Positions 28,005 through 37,875 of a DNA stretch of 64,000 bases are shown piece after piece. Under the pieces are notes generated by a model. It was given only the letters and a program-made list of their open reading frames with translations, ran no database searches and was not told the DNA's origin. This stretch comes from Anaerolineae bacterium (GTDB taxonomy: Bacteria > Chloroflexota > Anaerolineae > SpSt-600). The stretch is from NCBI GenBank assembly GCA_042408195.1, contig JBHOQL010000040.1, positions 7,041 through 71,040 on the forward strand, written 5' to 3'. The translations under genes were made by a program, and so were the position numbers. Numbering within the stretch: position 1 is the first letter of the stretch; each line of letters opens with the position of its first letter.

Positions 28005-29891
28005 TCACCCTTCATGTTTTCCGCTTCCATAGGCTTCCCTCCGTTCCATTTCTGCCAGGATTTTTGATACCTGTTCAATAGCAATCCTTTGCTTCCTGTA
28101 AAGGTCCGATTCGCTTATAGATAGGCGCCCGGCTACTTCCCTGGGGCTTTTGCCCTGGAGGTAGCGCATCTCAAGGATGTTGTAAATCATCCACTCCAGG
28201 GAACCTGTGGGTTGCCTTGCTTCGGGCTTGAGGGATTCAATAGCCTCTTTGAGGACAGCTCTTAAGGCTTTCACTGGATTGCCTTCGTGTTCCCTGATTG
28301 CTTTCTCCACCACCCGAAGCCTGAGAAGGGGGCTTTCAGCCAGCTTATGGCTAGCCCAGTAATTGCTCAAGGCCTCTTTGACCCACTGCTGGTAATCGGG
28401 GCTGGCCAGCTCCAGAAGGGCCCCTGCACTTCCCGATGGCATCGTATAGAGAGAAGCTTGCCAGTGCCTTATGCTTTCTACGTCGGGAATGAGGGTGCGC
28501 AGGATTTCAAAGACCTTCTGCTGTAGAACTCGGTCCTCAAGGGCTCTGATGATCCTCTGCACCAAGGTTTCAAAAACTTCGAGCTCCTCGGAAGAAAACT
28601 CAGCATCAGAGGGAGGGGCCTCAATGACCAAAAAACCTATTTCTTCCTCGTTGGCCTCAAGAGGGATAACCCAGAAACCAGCGTCGTAAATCCTCAGCTT
28701 TTCCGTCAGATTCACGGTGGGAACTCTTTCCAGGGAAGAAGGTAAAGCATTGAAAGCTTCATTTATCTTGGCCAGGGGACCACAACGGGCTTCCACAGAC
28801 CGGTTCCCGAGAGTGACAAATCCCCACCGAACCTTAAGGAGTTCGCACAGGGCTACCAGGATACTTTCCAAGAATTGCTGGAGGTCAGTAGTGGTGAGGA
28901 GCCTTCTGTCCAGCTCTTGAATCCAGGTTACTTCATCACGGTCGCGGCTGTAGATCAGGCGGTCAATGAAGGGCTTGGCCTTGTTTATGAGTATCTGAAG
29001 CAGGACTACCACCATTACTACAGCAAATATCGTTACCGTTTCCCCAGGAAGGCCCAGGAAATCTTCAGAATCTGAAAGAAGCAGGATCACACCGATCACA
29101 CATATCCCCACGAAAGGCCCCCTGAGCAGGTAGTGGATCAATTGGTGCTTGATTATGCGGTCAGGGGCGAGGGCGCCGTAATAGGCCACCACATAGGCCA
29201 TGACCACGAGCATTAGCGCCACAATGAGGTTCCCAACCACCGAGAGGAAGAGAACAAGAGGAGGGGTTAGAAACCGGGCAGTTCTTGAAATCAGGAGGTA
29301 GGGGAAAACTCCAATGCCTGGTCCGATAAAGGCTCCCAGAAGGTATGATAGTCGCCGCCTGGTTGTGGAAGTGAAAGCCTTCTGCCGGGCTTTGTAGAGG
29401 ATGAAGAGGCTGGAAAGCAAGGAAGCCACGAAGAAAGCAGTGAAAACGGGGAAAAGAGGCCCCGGGGTGAGGTAAACGAGCCCCTCATGGTACTGGCCAT
29501 CGTAAACCAAAAGGTCACTCCGGAGGGCCATCAAGCAGAAAATGAGGCTGAGGAAATAAAGTAGGCCAGAAATCCACCTCCGCAGAGGAGAAAAGGAGCC
29601 AGAAGCCCTCAGGATGGCATCGGCGAAGTGGAAATAGGCAGCCGGGATAAAGGAAATACCAAGCCATTGGAAGCGCAACCAGGAAAAAGCTGTGCTTAAG
29701 TCCTCTACCCTTGGGATTACCAAGTCCCCCGAATATACGATTATTACGAAGGCCATTATGGCACAAAAGGCTCTGGCTACGGGATTGAGGAGGTTAGCGG
29801 AGGCCATGTAGGCGAGTAAAGAGAAGGCTACAAGGACAATTCCCGCTGAAAGGATGAAGTTGACCTGCCATAGAAAAGTTAACCCCACCAT
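28005..29891 (-). CDS. Polytopic membrane protein with a cytoplasmic sensor-like region and a C-terminal sigma-70 region-4-like HTH
   Basis: About 7 N-terminal TM helices. The C-terminal region ...EMRYLQGKSPREVAGRLSISESDLYRKQRIAIEQVSKIL resembles ECF-sigma region 4 or a LuxR-type HTH. Confidence 0.55.
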   Translation of the reverse strand: MVGLTFLWQVNFILSAGIVLVAFSLLAYMASANLLNPVARAFCAIMAFVIIVYSGDLVIPRVEDLSTAFSWLRFQWLGISFIPAAYFHFADAILRASGSFSPLRRWISGLLYFLSLIFCLMALRSDLLVYDGQYHEGLVYLTPGPLFPVFTAFFVASLLSSLFILYKARQKAFTSTTRRRLSYLLGAFIGPGIGVFPYLLISRTARFLTPPLVLFLSVVGNLIVALMLVVMAYVVAYYGALAPDRIIKHQLIHYLLRGPFVGICVIGVILLLSDSEDFLGLPGETVTIFAVVMVVVLLQILINKAKPFIDRLIYSRDRDEVTWIQELDRRLLTTTDLQQFLESILVALCELLKVRWGFVTLGNRSVEARCGPLAKINEAFNALPSSLERVPTVNLTEKLRIYDAGFWVIPLEANEEEIGFLVIEAPPSDAEFSSEELEVFETLVQRIIRALEDRVLQQKVFEILRTLIPDVESIRHWQASLYTMPSGSAGALLELASPDYQQWVKEALSNYWASHKLAESPLLRLRVVEKAIREHEGNPVKALRAVLKEAIESLKPEARQPTGSLEWMIYNILEMRYLQGKSPREVAGRLSISESDLYRKQRIAIEQVSKILAEMERREAYGSGKHEG

Positions 29892-29911
29892 TTCCCTCTT
29901 TCAAACTTATT

Positions 29912-32593
29912 TTACCTATTTTGCCTTGGCGAGAAAAACCAGAAGAGGCTCAAAGCCAAAGCCAGGCCGGAGCTGACTACGGGCAGCCCTTTTACGATAA
30001 TTCGTCCCCCTTCGCCACCCACCGCTATGGCCAGAAGAGAGCAAGCGATATATCCAGTTAGTCCGATAATCACCACCAGCGAGAACTTTCTGACCTTTTC
30101 CCTTAGATTTGTTTCCCGCACTTGACTGAAAGCTCCAGCCAGAAAAATGGCCAGAAGGGTGCTCCCGAAGTGGAAAAGAGTTGGGTTTGGCCCCGGAACA
30201 GTCGTCGGCACAGGGGTAGGAAAAGGGGTGGGGATGGGAGAAGGGGTAGGGATGGGCGTCGGAGTAAAGGTAGGAGTCGGGGAGGGGGCTACAGTGGCCA
30301 GGATCGCTGGTTGGTTTTCCTGGACTGTTACAACTATTTTGGTGGATTTGGTGGCTGAGAGACTTGAGGCTGTTATTTCCAACTGCCCCGTTCGCTCCAA
30401 AGTGAGAGAAATCTCGGCCACTCCGTTCACAGTGTTAACTTCGCGACGCGGAAGTTCCAGAGACTCAGCCGGGTAGAAAAGCCTGAAGACCACAGGTGTC
30501 CCATCGGGAACCGGATGGCCATTGCGGTCAAGGATGACCCCGGTCCGTATCTTGAAAGTGCTTCCCGGCCTCAGATCCAGAGGCTGCGGGGTTCCATCTT
30601 TGGGCATGCCCACTACTTCCAACTCAATCACCTGATCGGGGTCAGGCTCCGTCTGCACTATTAAATCGTAGTTGACTCCCGGCACGCTAACTGGAGGAGC
30701 CATATGGGGGACAAATTCCTGGAACAGGGTCTTTACCGAGTATTCTATGAAGTAGGGAAGCGGACTGTAGGCCGCATAGTAAGCGGTTAACTTGCTTATC
30801 TCGGTGGTGTCAAGGTAATAAGGCGCACCGTAGCTTATAGCTATTACTTTCTTATCCCGCAGAAGCTCAGGGCGATTCCGAAGCAGCTCCTTGAAGGCAT
30901 CAGAGGCGGGAAATTGCTTTGGGTCCAGATCCTGCATAGCGAAAATCACCCAAGTAGCCCTGGCGAATAAATCTTCAAGTTCTTTGTCATCCCCAGGTGA
31001 AAGAAGGAAAGCTTTCAGTCGAGCGAAGCTAAAGCTGTGGACTTTCTCGGGGTCAATTTGTCCTGTAGCCCTGGGTCCATAAAGCCTTAATATCATGTTC
31101 TTCAGGGCATCTACAGGTAAAATCTGCTCAGAGGGACAATCCTGGCAATCCTTCATAGCCCTGGTGTCAGAGAAGATGAGGATGTAATCTTTGTAGAGAG
31201 GAGGAGATGGAACTCGTTCTGTTAGTTCTTTGTGTTCTGGATAGACCAGGGTGAGGGAGCGAAGGGCTAAGGGAAAGAGGTTTTCGGTTGATGAACCAAC
31301 AACATTCAGACTCACAGGGTTGGTCAGGACCTCCTGCAGGGAAAGGTTGGGGTAAAGACGTAGTTTGGCCTTCAAGATGCGACGGCAGGATTCATCAACC
31401 TTTGCCCTGAAGGCTGGATCATCGGAGTATTTTTCCCGGAAGAAAAGCACAGTCTGGATTATGTTCTCGTAATGTTCCTCCCAGGAACCGGAGAGGGAGA
31501 AATCAGAAAGGAAAAGGAGGTCGTTCCCCGCCAAGAAGGCGTCCTGAGCTATGCGCTTAAAGGGGAAAGAAGAAAGCTGAGGGTCATAATAGCGTTTGAT
31601 AGCTAATGCTCCTAATGATTCTGTGATTAAAATCCCTCCCTTCTCCCGCCAGGAAGTGAATTCCGGCATGGACATGATGGCGTTGAGGCCTTGGGGGTGG
31701 AGGCTAAGGGGAGGGGTGAGTTCCCGGATGTTTCCTTGGAAACCCCTGTAACGGATGTGGGAACTCATCAGGGCATCGGTTACCTCTTCTCCCTGCGCCT
31801 GAGTGACCATCAGGAATGGAGCAAGTTCTATCTTACGGAGCTCCTGCACCGACTTTTGTATGGTTGAGACCTCCTCTTCAGGTGGGCGATCGCTTCCGCC
31901 TCGGCCCGGGAAGTGCTTGGACACGGCTATGACCCGACCTTTGCTCCCTCTGTGAACTCCTCTTATGTAAGCTTTGCCCATCTTCCCAACCCAGTAAGGA
32001 TCCCCGCCGAAAGCTCTGGTTCCTATCCCTGATTTTATTGCCACCTCCGGACGATCCACCACATCCAATGAAGGGCCAAGGAGCATATTTATCCCAACGG
32101 CAGCCAGTTCCGCTCCGACGATTGAACCCACAAGCTCTGCCTGAGCTTCATCCCAGGTAGCCCCTATGGCCATATAGTTGGGGATAGGCGTGAAACCCGA
32201 GCGGAGCTGGGGGAAATCCCCATCGTGATTTATCCCTATGAAAAGGGGGAGCGGCGTGGTGCCCGAGATGGGCTCGCTCATAGCCAAGGACTGAAGGCCG
32301 CGGGTGAGGGAAAGGACTTCAGCAGGAGTGTTAGGACCATTGGTGAAATTGCGGTTCTGGGCCGAGATTATAACGCCACCCACTCTGAACTCCCGAATAA
32401 GCTTGCCAATAGGAGATTCAGTGGAAAAATCGGAGCCGTGGAAGGTGACCACGAAGAGCTGCCCAACTCTTTCCTCAGGGGTCATTTTTTCCAGGATAGC
32501 TTCTACCCGGTCATCGCTGACCAAAAAAGAGGCGTTCGCCCCCAGGAAATAAAGAAGCATCAAGGCAAGCAGGAAAATCCTAAGCCCGGTCAT
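29912..32593 (-). CDS. Cell-surface glycoside hydrolase family 3 (NagZ/beta-hexosaminidase-like) with a large C-terminal extension, PT linker and C-terminal TM anchor
   Basis: It has a signal peptide and a GH3 N-terminal domain (KHFPGRGGSDRPPEE). A region of about 450 aa of unknown function follows, then a PT linker and a hydrophobic C-terminus. Confidence 0.75.
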   Translation of the reverse strand: MTGLRIFLLALMLLYFLGANASFLVSDDRVEAILEKMTPEERVGQLFVVTFHGSDFSTESPIGKLIREFRVGGVIISAQNRNFTNGPNTPAEVLSLTRGLQSLAMSEPISGTTPLPLFIGINHDGDFPQLRSGFTPIPNYMAIGATWDEAQAELVGSIVGAELAAVGINMLLGPSLDVVDRPEVAIKSGIGTRAFGGDPYWVGKMGKAYIRGVHRGSKGRVIAVSKHFPGRGGSDRPPEEEVSTIQKSVQELRKIELAPFLMVTQAQGEEVTDALMSSHIRYRGFQGNIRELTPPLSLHPQGLNAIMSMPEFTSWREKGGILITESLGALAIKRYYDPQLSSFPFKRIAQDAFLAGNDLLFLSDFSLSGSWEEHYENIIQTVLFFREKYSDDPAFRAKVDESCRRILKAKLRLYPNLSLQEVLTNPVSLNVVGSSTENLFPLALRSLTLVYPEHKELTERVPSPPLYKDYILIFSDTRAMKDCQDCPSEQILPVDALKNMILRLYGPRATGQIDPEKVHSFSFARLKAFLLSPGDDKELEDLFARATWVIFAMQDLDPKQFPASDAFKELLRNRPELLRDKKVIAISYGAPYYLDTTEISKLTAYYAAYSPLPYFIEYSVKTLFQEFVPHMAPPVSVPGVNYDLIVQTEPDPDQVIELEVVGMPKDGTPQPLDLRPGSTFKIRTGVILDRNGHPVPDGTPVVFRLFYPAESLELPRREVNTVNGVAEISLTLERTGQLEITASSLSATKSTKIVVTVQENQPAILATVAPSPTPTFTPTPIPTPSPIPTPFPTPVPTTVPGPNPTLFHFGSTLLAIFLAGAFSQVRETNLREKVRKFSLVVIIGLTGYIACSLLAIAVGGEGGRIIVKGLPVVSSGLALALSLFWFFSPRQNR
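30177..30292 (-). repeat. Coding Pro-Thr linker repeat in GH3 protein
   Basis: APSPTPTFTPTPIPTPSPIPTPFPTPVPTTVPGPNPT. This explains the spurious plus-strand GVGKGVGMGEGVG ORF. Confidence 0.8.
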
Positions 32594-32784
32594 AGCCAGT
32601 GGGAAACCCTTTCTACTGCTCGGAGGAGGGAGACAACAAGTTTCAGCACTTCAGGCCAGGAAACTGGCTGCTTTTCCCTTCCTGGTTCCTGAGGTCGTGT
32701 TAGAAGGAGCCAGGCTATTGCCATCCCAGTAAGCGCACCTACAACCCCTCCGATTATCAACCCTTGCGCCTCCCTTTTTTTCAT
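32590..32784 (-). CDS. Small hypothetical membrane protein
   Basis: MKKREAQGLIIGGVVGALTGMAIAWLLLT has one TM helix. GGGAGG precedes the ATG. The stop overlaps the GH3 start. Confidence 0.4.
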   Translation of the reverse strand: MKKREAQGLIIGGVVGALTGMAIAWLLLTRPQEPGREKQPVSWPEVLKLVVSLLRAVERVSHWL

Positions 32785-32918
32785 CCCGCCTCCCAAAGGG
32801 AAAAAATATCGCAATTAATATTACTCCCCGCGGGCGTTTTTGTCAATTTAAAATTAGGGTTGTTTCGAAAGCAAAGCCTTAGGAGGACTAAACCTATCCC
32901 GTAGGATAAGCAGGGACA

Positions 32919-35900
32919 TCAGTTAGGAGGCTGGTAACCCTTAAGGACAATGGGGAGGAAATTTCTCCGTGGAGAACCTTTCAGCCAGAGAGCTCGCTCC
33001 CAAAGAGGTTTTCCTCTTTCCCCGAAAAGGGCTTCATGATAGAAGAGTTGTTCTCTATAGGTCACCAATTCAAGTCCCCAGCGCACAGTAGAAGAGGAAC
33101 CCGCGGGGATGGAACCCTCCCAACGCAGAAATCCTCTTCCAACCTCTCCAATCCCCGTTTCCCAGGAGAAGGAACCGGGGACGAGTTTTGCGCTTGTGGG
33201 GATATGTATAAAGGCCAGAACCTCAGCGGCATCGCCGGGACCATGGTTGCGAAGGGTGAGAGTGCAGGAAACGGGGATACCCGTAAGCGTTTCCTCCGGC
33301 ACACATTCCAGAGTTGATAGACCCAGGTCCGGCGTCTCCACTCCAACTTGGGCCTCTCGGCGGAAATATATGCCCTGTTCCTCAATCCCCAGCATTACCT
33401 CCTGGCGGATTATCGTTCCGGCGGAGGTGTTTTCACCAACCAGGGCCCGATAGGATATGGTTACAGAGCTCCCGGGTAAGATCGAACCACGCCAGGATAG
33501 AGCTGAGGAAACAGGGTCGTAAACAGCCGGGCCGTTCAGAGAGGAAGGCAGGAAAATCAATTCCGCTGGGATGGTGGCAAAGAAAGAAGCCGTTATGGAT
33601 TCTACCCCATCGTTCCGCAAGACGAGGGTCCAAGTCACCTCTGCACCGGGCATAACGGAGGCCGGGTGGGCTGAAAAGGAGGAAGAACCAAGCCAGGACA
33701 GAAACCCTGCAACCCTTTCCATGACTTCAGGACGCACTCCTTCCGGCAAGGCTTCGAAAGGAAAAGCGAAGAAAACCGAAGCCCAACGTTCTCCCCGGCG
33801 AGCTAGCCCGATTGCCCTTCTTTCCTGGTCGCGGAAGACAACGGTCGTACCCGGAACAGGTTCGAGGGCATCGGACCAGTTTCGGAACGGGTATTCCAGA
33901 GGCCAAGGGCCGAGGTTTTCCCCGATGGGTTCCCCTGGCACACCAACGACTAAAACGGGGGTCACATCCTCAGTCCACGTAAGAACGCCGAGGAAGGGAA
34001 GCAGGGAACCGGTCCCTCTGCAGAACGGAGCACTGTCCGGACTTCGGCAGAAGAGGAAATCCTGGGAGGAAAGGAAAAGCCTGCCACCTCCGAGGAGGTA
34101 ATCGGCCAGAGCGTCCTCATCCTCTGGCCTCACGGGGTCATGCCAGTTGTAGCCTGTCCACCATAAAACCATGGGATACCAGCTCAGCATCTCGTAGGGG
34201 ACTTTTGAATCGGTAGCGCTGAGGAGGTCGTACTGAAGGCCAGCCTCAGCCATGGCCCTCTCGTATTTGTCCGCTTGCTCATACCACCGGTCCTGGTCCA
34301 CCAGCAATATGGGAGCCGGGGTTTTAGTGGTTATTACCACCGAGGCGGAAAGAGTTGGAGAGAGGGAGGAACGCAGAACTACGGTTACAGTATCCCGCTC
34401 ATTCCACCTGGCATCCGGCGGTATCGCTACTTGAAATTCGATCTTATCGGCTGCGCAGGGAGCGAGGTTGAGGGACTGGGTAGTGGGAGTGACGGGCCAC
34501 CGGCCCCCATCAACAGAAATACTGACGGTGTCATATCCAACCCTTCCCGTGTTCCTGATCGTAATCCCATGGGTGATTACATCACCCGGCCGGCCTATGA
34601 TGGTCTGGGTTGATGTAAGCACCTGAAGGCCAGCTTGAGGGACAGGAGCCGTTAGCCAAGATATGGCTTTATCCATGACCTCTTTCCGGATGGCTCTGTC
34701 AGCTATAGCTTCAAAGCCGAAGGAGAAGTAGAGCACGCGGTAATCGAGGCACACCCCCACGACAAGGCCTCCGTAGCCCCCGCCTGAATAAGCCAGGACT
34801 GGGGAAGCCTCCACCTGATCGGCAGGCTCCACCATATCAGGGAAAAGCTGATTGTCGGCGCCGTCCCCGCCGGCAATGGAGAAACTCAGGCCAGAGAATG
34901 GCCCTTCAGGAAGGCCATAAAGGCTCCAGCTTTCACTGTTATCCTGGACGAAACGAGCCTTGAGGTACTTGGTGTAATAAGGGAAATAACCGATTCCGCC
35001 TCCGTCCAGGAAACCTATGTCTTGGCCGCTCAGAAAGAGCCTGCCGCCGGAAGAAAGGTAACCGGTTATAGCACTTTCTGCTCCTATGTAGCCCGGGGCA
35101 TCTTGAGGTGCGCTCCATATCACAAGGTCGTAGTGTTTCAATCGTTCTGCCGTGGGGATGTCACCCGGAAGGCGCCGGATTGACCATTCATCGTAAACGT
35201 AAGCAAGGTCGTCAAGGGCCTGGCGGTAATAAGCAATATGGCTTCCATAATACCAAGCTCCACTGTCCACTAAGAGGATGGTAGGAGCAGGGGGAAGTCT
35301 CAAGGTCACCGAGGTTGTCTCACCGGCTACGATTTTAGCGGTAGTAGTCATTACCCTGTAGCCCAGAACGCGGGCCACTACTTCGTAATTCCCAGCTGGG
35401 AGGGATACGACCCAATAGCTGGCTGTGGCCGTTAAAGGTGTTCCCGGGAGCAGGATGAGGGCGGTCAAGGGCTCACCGGTTGCAGCCTCGCGGACGTGAA
35501 CCTCAAGGGTTCCAGTAGGCTGGGGCTGGAGGATGAAATTGACACTCGTAGTGGCACCAGTTAGGACGGCAACGTTAGAAACAGTGTGGGAGAAGTAACC
35601 AAAAGCTGAGGCGGTTACATTGTAAAGGCCAGGAGCCAAATAAAGGGCATAGTGGCCGGAATGGTCAGAGGAAGTGTTTCCACCTCCTATACTGCCCTTT
35701 GATATAGCTGAAATAGTTGCTCCCGAGATCGGATTTCCATCCACACCCTGCACTATCCCCTGAATGCTCCCGGCATTTAGAAGGGTTGCTACTGCGGCAA
35801 AGGCGTCTACCCTCCCCCAGCCGGAATCGTTGTTTGGGATTGTGGAGCTCAGAGGGACGGCAGTTGACGTTATGAGGAAAAGGGTCTGGGTCACGCTTAT

Positions 35901-37139
35901 GGTGGGACTTACCGAACGCATTAGGGCTATCAAACCTGCGACATGGGGTGTTGCCATGGATGTTCCGCTCCAAGAGGCATAGGTCCCACCGGGAAAAGAG
36001 GAGCGGATGTTTACTCCAGGAGCCACCACATGGGGACGGATTTCGTTCCAAGGGGAAGGGCCGCGGCTGGAAAACTGAGCCACTTCATCGTAAGGGTCCG
36101 TTGCCCCTACAGCTATCGCTTCTGGGAGAGAAGCTGGGGAGTACACCGAGGCAGGGCTGGGGCCTCCGTTCCCAGCGGCAAAGACAGGTATTATTCCAGC
36201 AGCCCTGAGGGCTCGGATATCGGTCTGGAAGACAGTGTTCATGGCGTTGGCATCCCCCCAGGAGCAATTAACCACATCGGGAGCGAGAGCAGGGTCGCCT
36301 TCCGGAGCCAGGAGCCACTGGAAACCGGCATGGATCCAAGAATCGTAGCCGTAACCGTTGCCATCCAAGACCTTAACCGCGATCCACTTTGCCCCAGGAG
36401 CAACACCTATACCTTCTTGGCCCACTGCTATGCCGAGGACATGAGTGCCGTGGCCGTGGTCGTCAAAGGGGTAAGAGGAGCGGGTCACGGGATCAAACCA
36501 GTTCCCAGTGTGCACAGCAGGGCCATGGGGATTGTAACCCCGGTAATTGAATTTCAAAGCAGGGTGGAGCCAATCGGCCCCAGTGTCCATTACAGCCACC
36601 ACGGCTCCTGCTCCGGAAACGCCAAGGGAAGCCCAGACCTCAGGCGCCCGGATGCGTTCAACGTTCCACCCCGCCGACGGAGGGGCTGGAAATTCTGCTT
36701 TGAGCCACTGGCGGTAGTGGTCCAAAAGGATGATTGAGACCGAAGGGTGTGTGGCAATCTGCTGTATGACCTGCGGTTTCGCCTTAAGAGCGAAACCGTT
36801 GAAGATCCAGAAAGGGGTGTATGATTCTACGAGCCCGGCGGCTTTAGCTTCGTCGAAATAGGACCTGAGGGGACCCTGCGTTCTGGCGGCTAAGGATCTG
36901 AGGTTAGTTACCAGTTTATCTCTGTTTCCGGCCCATTTCTCCGGCAGTTCCTGTTCTCTGAGAACTACGATTACGGGGAGCAAATCGCTTGGACCAGCAG
37001 AAACGAGTGCTTTCACCAGCGCTGGCTCCATGAAAGCTTTGAATTGAGGAGGTGGTTTCTCAGCCGAGGCTAAAAGCCCAAATCCCAGCAAAAAAATAGG
37101 TGGGATAAAGAGGAAAAACACTATCCTGAGCTTTGACAA
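32919..37139 (-). CDS. Giant secreted subtilisin-like (S8) serine protease with multiple accessory domains
   Basis: The catalytic triad motifs are DTGADWLHP, HGTHVLG and GTSMATPHVAG. Carboxypeptidase-regulatory-like beta-sandwich and other repeats are present. It has a signal peptide. The start is TTG with a GGAGGGAGG RBS. Confidence 0.85.
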   Translation of the reverse strand: MSKLRIVFFLFIPPIFLLGFGLLASAEKPPPQFKAFMEPALVKALVSAGPSDLLPVIVVLREQELPEKWAGNRDKLVTNLRSLAARTQGPLRSYFDEAKAAGLVESYTPFWIFNGFALKAKPQVIQQIATHPSVSIILLDHYRQWLKAEFPAPPSAGWNVERIRAPEVWASLGVSGAGAVVAVMDTGADWLHPALKFNYRGYNPHGPAVHTGNWFDPVTRSSYPFDDHGHGTHVLGIAVGQEGIGVAPGAKWIAVKVLDGNGYGYDSWIHAGFQWLLAPEGDPALAPDVVNCSWGDANAMNTVFQTDIRALRAAGIIPVFAAGNGGPSPASVYSPASLPEAIAVGATDPYDEVAQFSSRGPSPWNEIRPHVVAPGVNIRSSFPGGTYASWSGTSMATPHVAGLIALMRSVSPTISVTQTLFLITSTAVPLSSTIPNNDSGWGRVDAFAAVATLLNAGSIQGIVQGVDGNPISGATISAISKGSIGGGNTSSDHSGHYALYLAPGLYNVTASAFGYFSHTVSNVAVLTGATTSVNFILQPQPTGTLEVHVREAATGEPLTALILLPGTPLTATASYWVVSLPAGNYEVVARVLGYRVMTTTAKIVAGETTSVTLRLPPAPTILLVDSGAWYYGSHIAYYRQALDDLAYVYDEWSIRRLPGDIPTAERLKHYDLVIWSAPQDAPGYIGAESAITGYLSSGGRLFLSGQDIGFLDGGGIGYFPYYTKYLKARFVQDNSESWSLYGLPEGPFSGLSFSIAGGDGADNQLFPDMVEPADQVEASPVLAYSGGGYGGLVVGVCLDYRVLYFSFGFEAIADRAIRKEVMDKAISWLTAPVPQAGLQVLTSTQTIIGRPGDVITHGITIRNTGRVGYDTVSISVDGGRWPVTPTTQSLNLAPCAADKIEFQVAIPPDARWNERDTVTVVLRSSLSPTLSASVVITTKTPAPILLVDQDRWYEQADKYERAMAEAGLQYDLLSATDSKVPYEMLSWYPMVLWWTGYNWHDPVRPEDEDALADYLLGGGRLFLSSQDFLFCRSPDSAPFCRGTGSLLPFLGVLTWTEDVTPVLVVGVPGEPIGENLGPWPLEYPFRNWSDALEPVPGTTVVFRDQERRAIGLARRGERWASVFFAFPFEALPEGVRPEVMERVAGFLSWLGSSSFSAHPASVMPGAEVTWTLVLRNDGVESITASFFATIPAELIFLPSSLNGPAVYDPVSSALSWRGSILPGSSVTISYRALVGENTSAGTIIRQEVMLGIEEQGIYFRREAQVGVETPDLGLSTLECVPEETLTGIPVSCTLTLRNHGPGDAAEVLAFIHIPTSAKLVPGSFSWETGIGEVGRGFLRWEGSIPAGSSSTVRWGLELVTYREQLFYHEALFGERGKPLWERALWLKGSPRRNFLPIVLKGYQPPN

Positions 37140-37168
37140 GCCTCCCTCCGTTTTCTAACTTTAAATCA

Positions 37169-37197
37169 TTATAGCTTTTGGGACGGGAAGGGGCAAT
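37169..37197 (-). promoter_or_regulatory. Candidate promoter for S8 protease (TTGCCC-17-TATAAT on the minus strand)
   Basis: The reverse complement has TTGCCC, a 17-nt spacer and TATAAT, about 25 nt upstream of the TTG start. Confidence 0.35.
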
Positions 37198-37458
37198 GTT
37201 TCACGTTACCTGACTGAAAAACGGTTGCTGGGAAGAGACGATTACCCGATGCCTTTCTCCTCTCCGAACCTATCCCCCTCATCTGGCACATCTTTCATGA
37301 CAAATCGTGCACAATCCCTTTTATCTGAAGCGTAGTTACCTCCATCGCTGGGGGCAATGGATATCCAGACGGTCCTGAACCTGGCTTCCTCTCAGGGCCA
37401 CAATTGCTCGGCTTGACGGATACCTTTAAGAACTGAAGTGTTTTAAAAAACGAAAAGG

Positions 37459-37487
37459 TTGCTATGAGGTCTGATTTCAGCTAAAAT
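37459..37487 (+). promoter_or_regulatory. Candidate promoter for asp23-yloV-degV-recG-coaD cluster (TTGCTA-17-TAAAAT)
   Basis: TTGCTA is at 37459..37464 and TAAAAT at 37482..37487. It precedes the GAGGAG RBS and the ATG at 37527. Confidence 0.4.
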
Positions 37488-37526
37488 TTGGTAAGCTGGC
37501 CGGAGATTGCTTCTGAGGAGAAGGGC

Positions 37527-37856
37527 ATGGAAAGGGGTGAAAGGCTTGGGAAAATTGAAATAACGCCTGAGGCTTTGATTGAGCTCATCTCCCTAACTGC
37601 CTTGGAATGTTACGGCATCGTTGGCCTTGCCCGCAAGGGTTTCCTATCTGGAGACCTCGCTCACCCCGGGATAGAGATAAAGTGGGAAGGCCCGGAGTTG
37701 GTTATCAGCCTTTACGTGATAATGGAATACGGAGTGCGGATAACGGAGGTTGCTTACAATCTTAAGGAAAGAGTAAAATACATAGTGGAGAAGAACCTGG
37801 GAATACCTGTGGCGCAAGTCAATGTTTACGTTCAAGACCTGAGGGTAAATTCCTGA
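37527..37856 (+). CDS. Asp23/Gls24-family (alkaline shock) protein
   Basis: MERGERLGKIEITPEALIELISLTALECYGIVGLA is an Asp23 signature. The start was trimmed from the track ORF. Confidence 0.8.
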   Translation: MERGERLGKIEITPEALIELISLTALECYGIVGLARKGFLSGDLAHPGIEIKWEGPELVISLYVIMEYGVRITEVAYNLKERVKYIVEKNLGIPVAQVNVYVQDLRVNS

Positions 37857-37875
37857 AGGTCGGGAGGGGGAAAGG

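Noticed and set aside
32815-32918. Palindrome CCCGCGGG followed by CGTTTTTG between the S8 protease and the small membrane protein, resembling a terminator
   Set aside because: It is oriented for the plus strand, where no gene ends. On the minus (coding) strand it is followed by a purine-rich stretch rather than a U-tract.
37283-37300. TGGCACatcttTCATG resembling a sigma-54 -24/-12 promoter
   Set aside because: The -12 element reads TTCA rather than the conserved TTGC, and the critical GC dinucleotide is missing. No enhancer-binding-protein gene is nearby.
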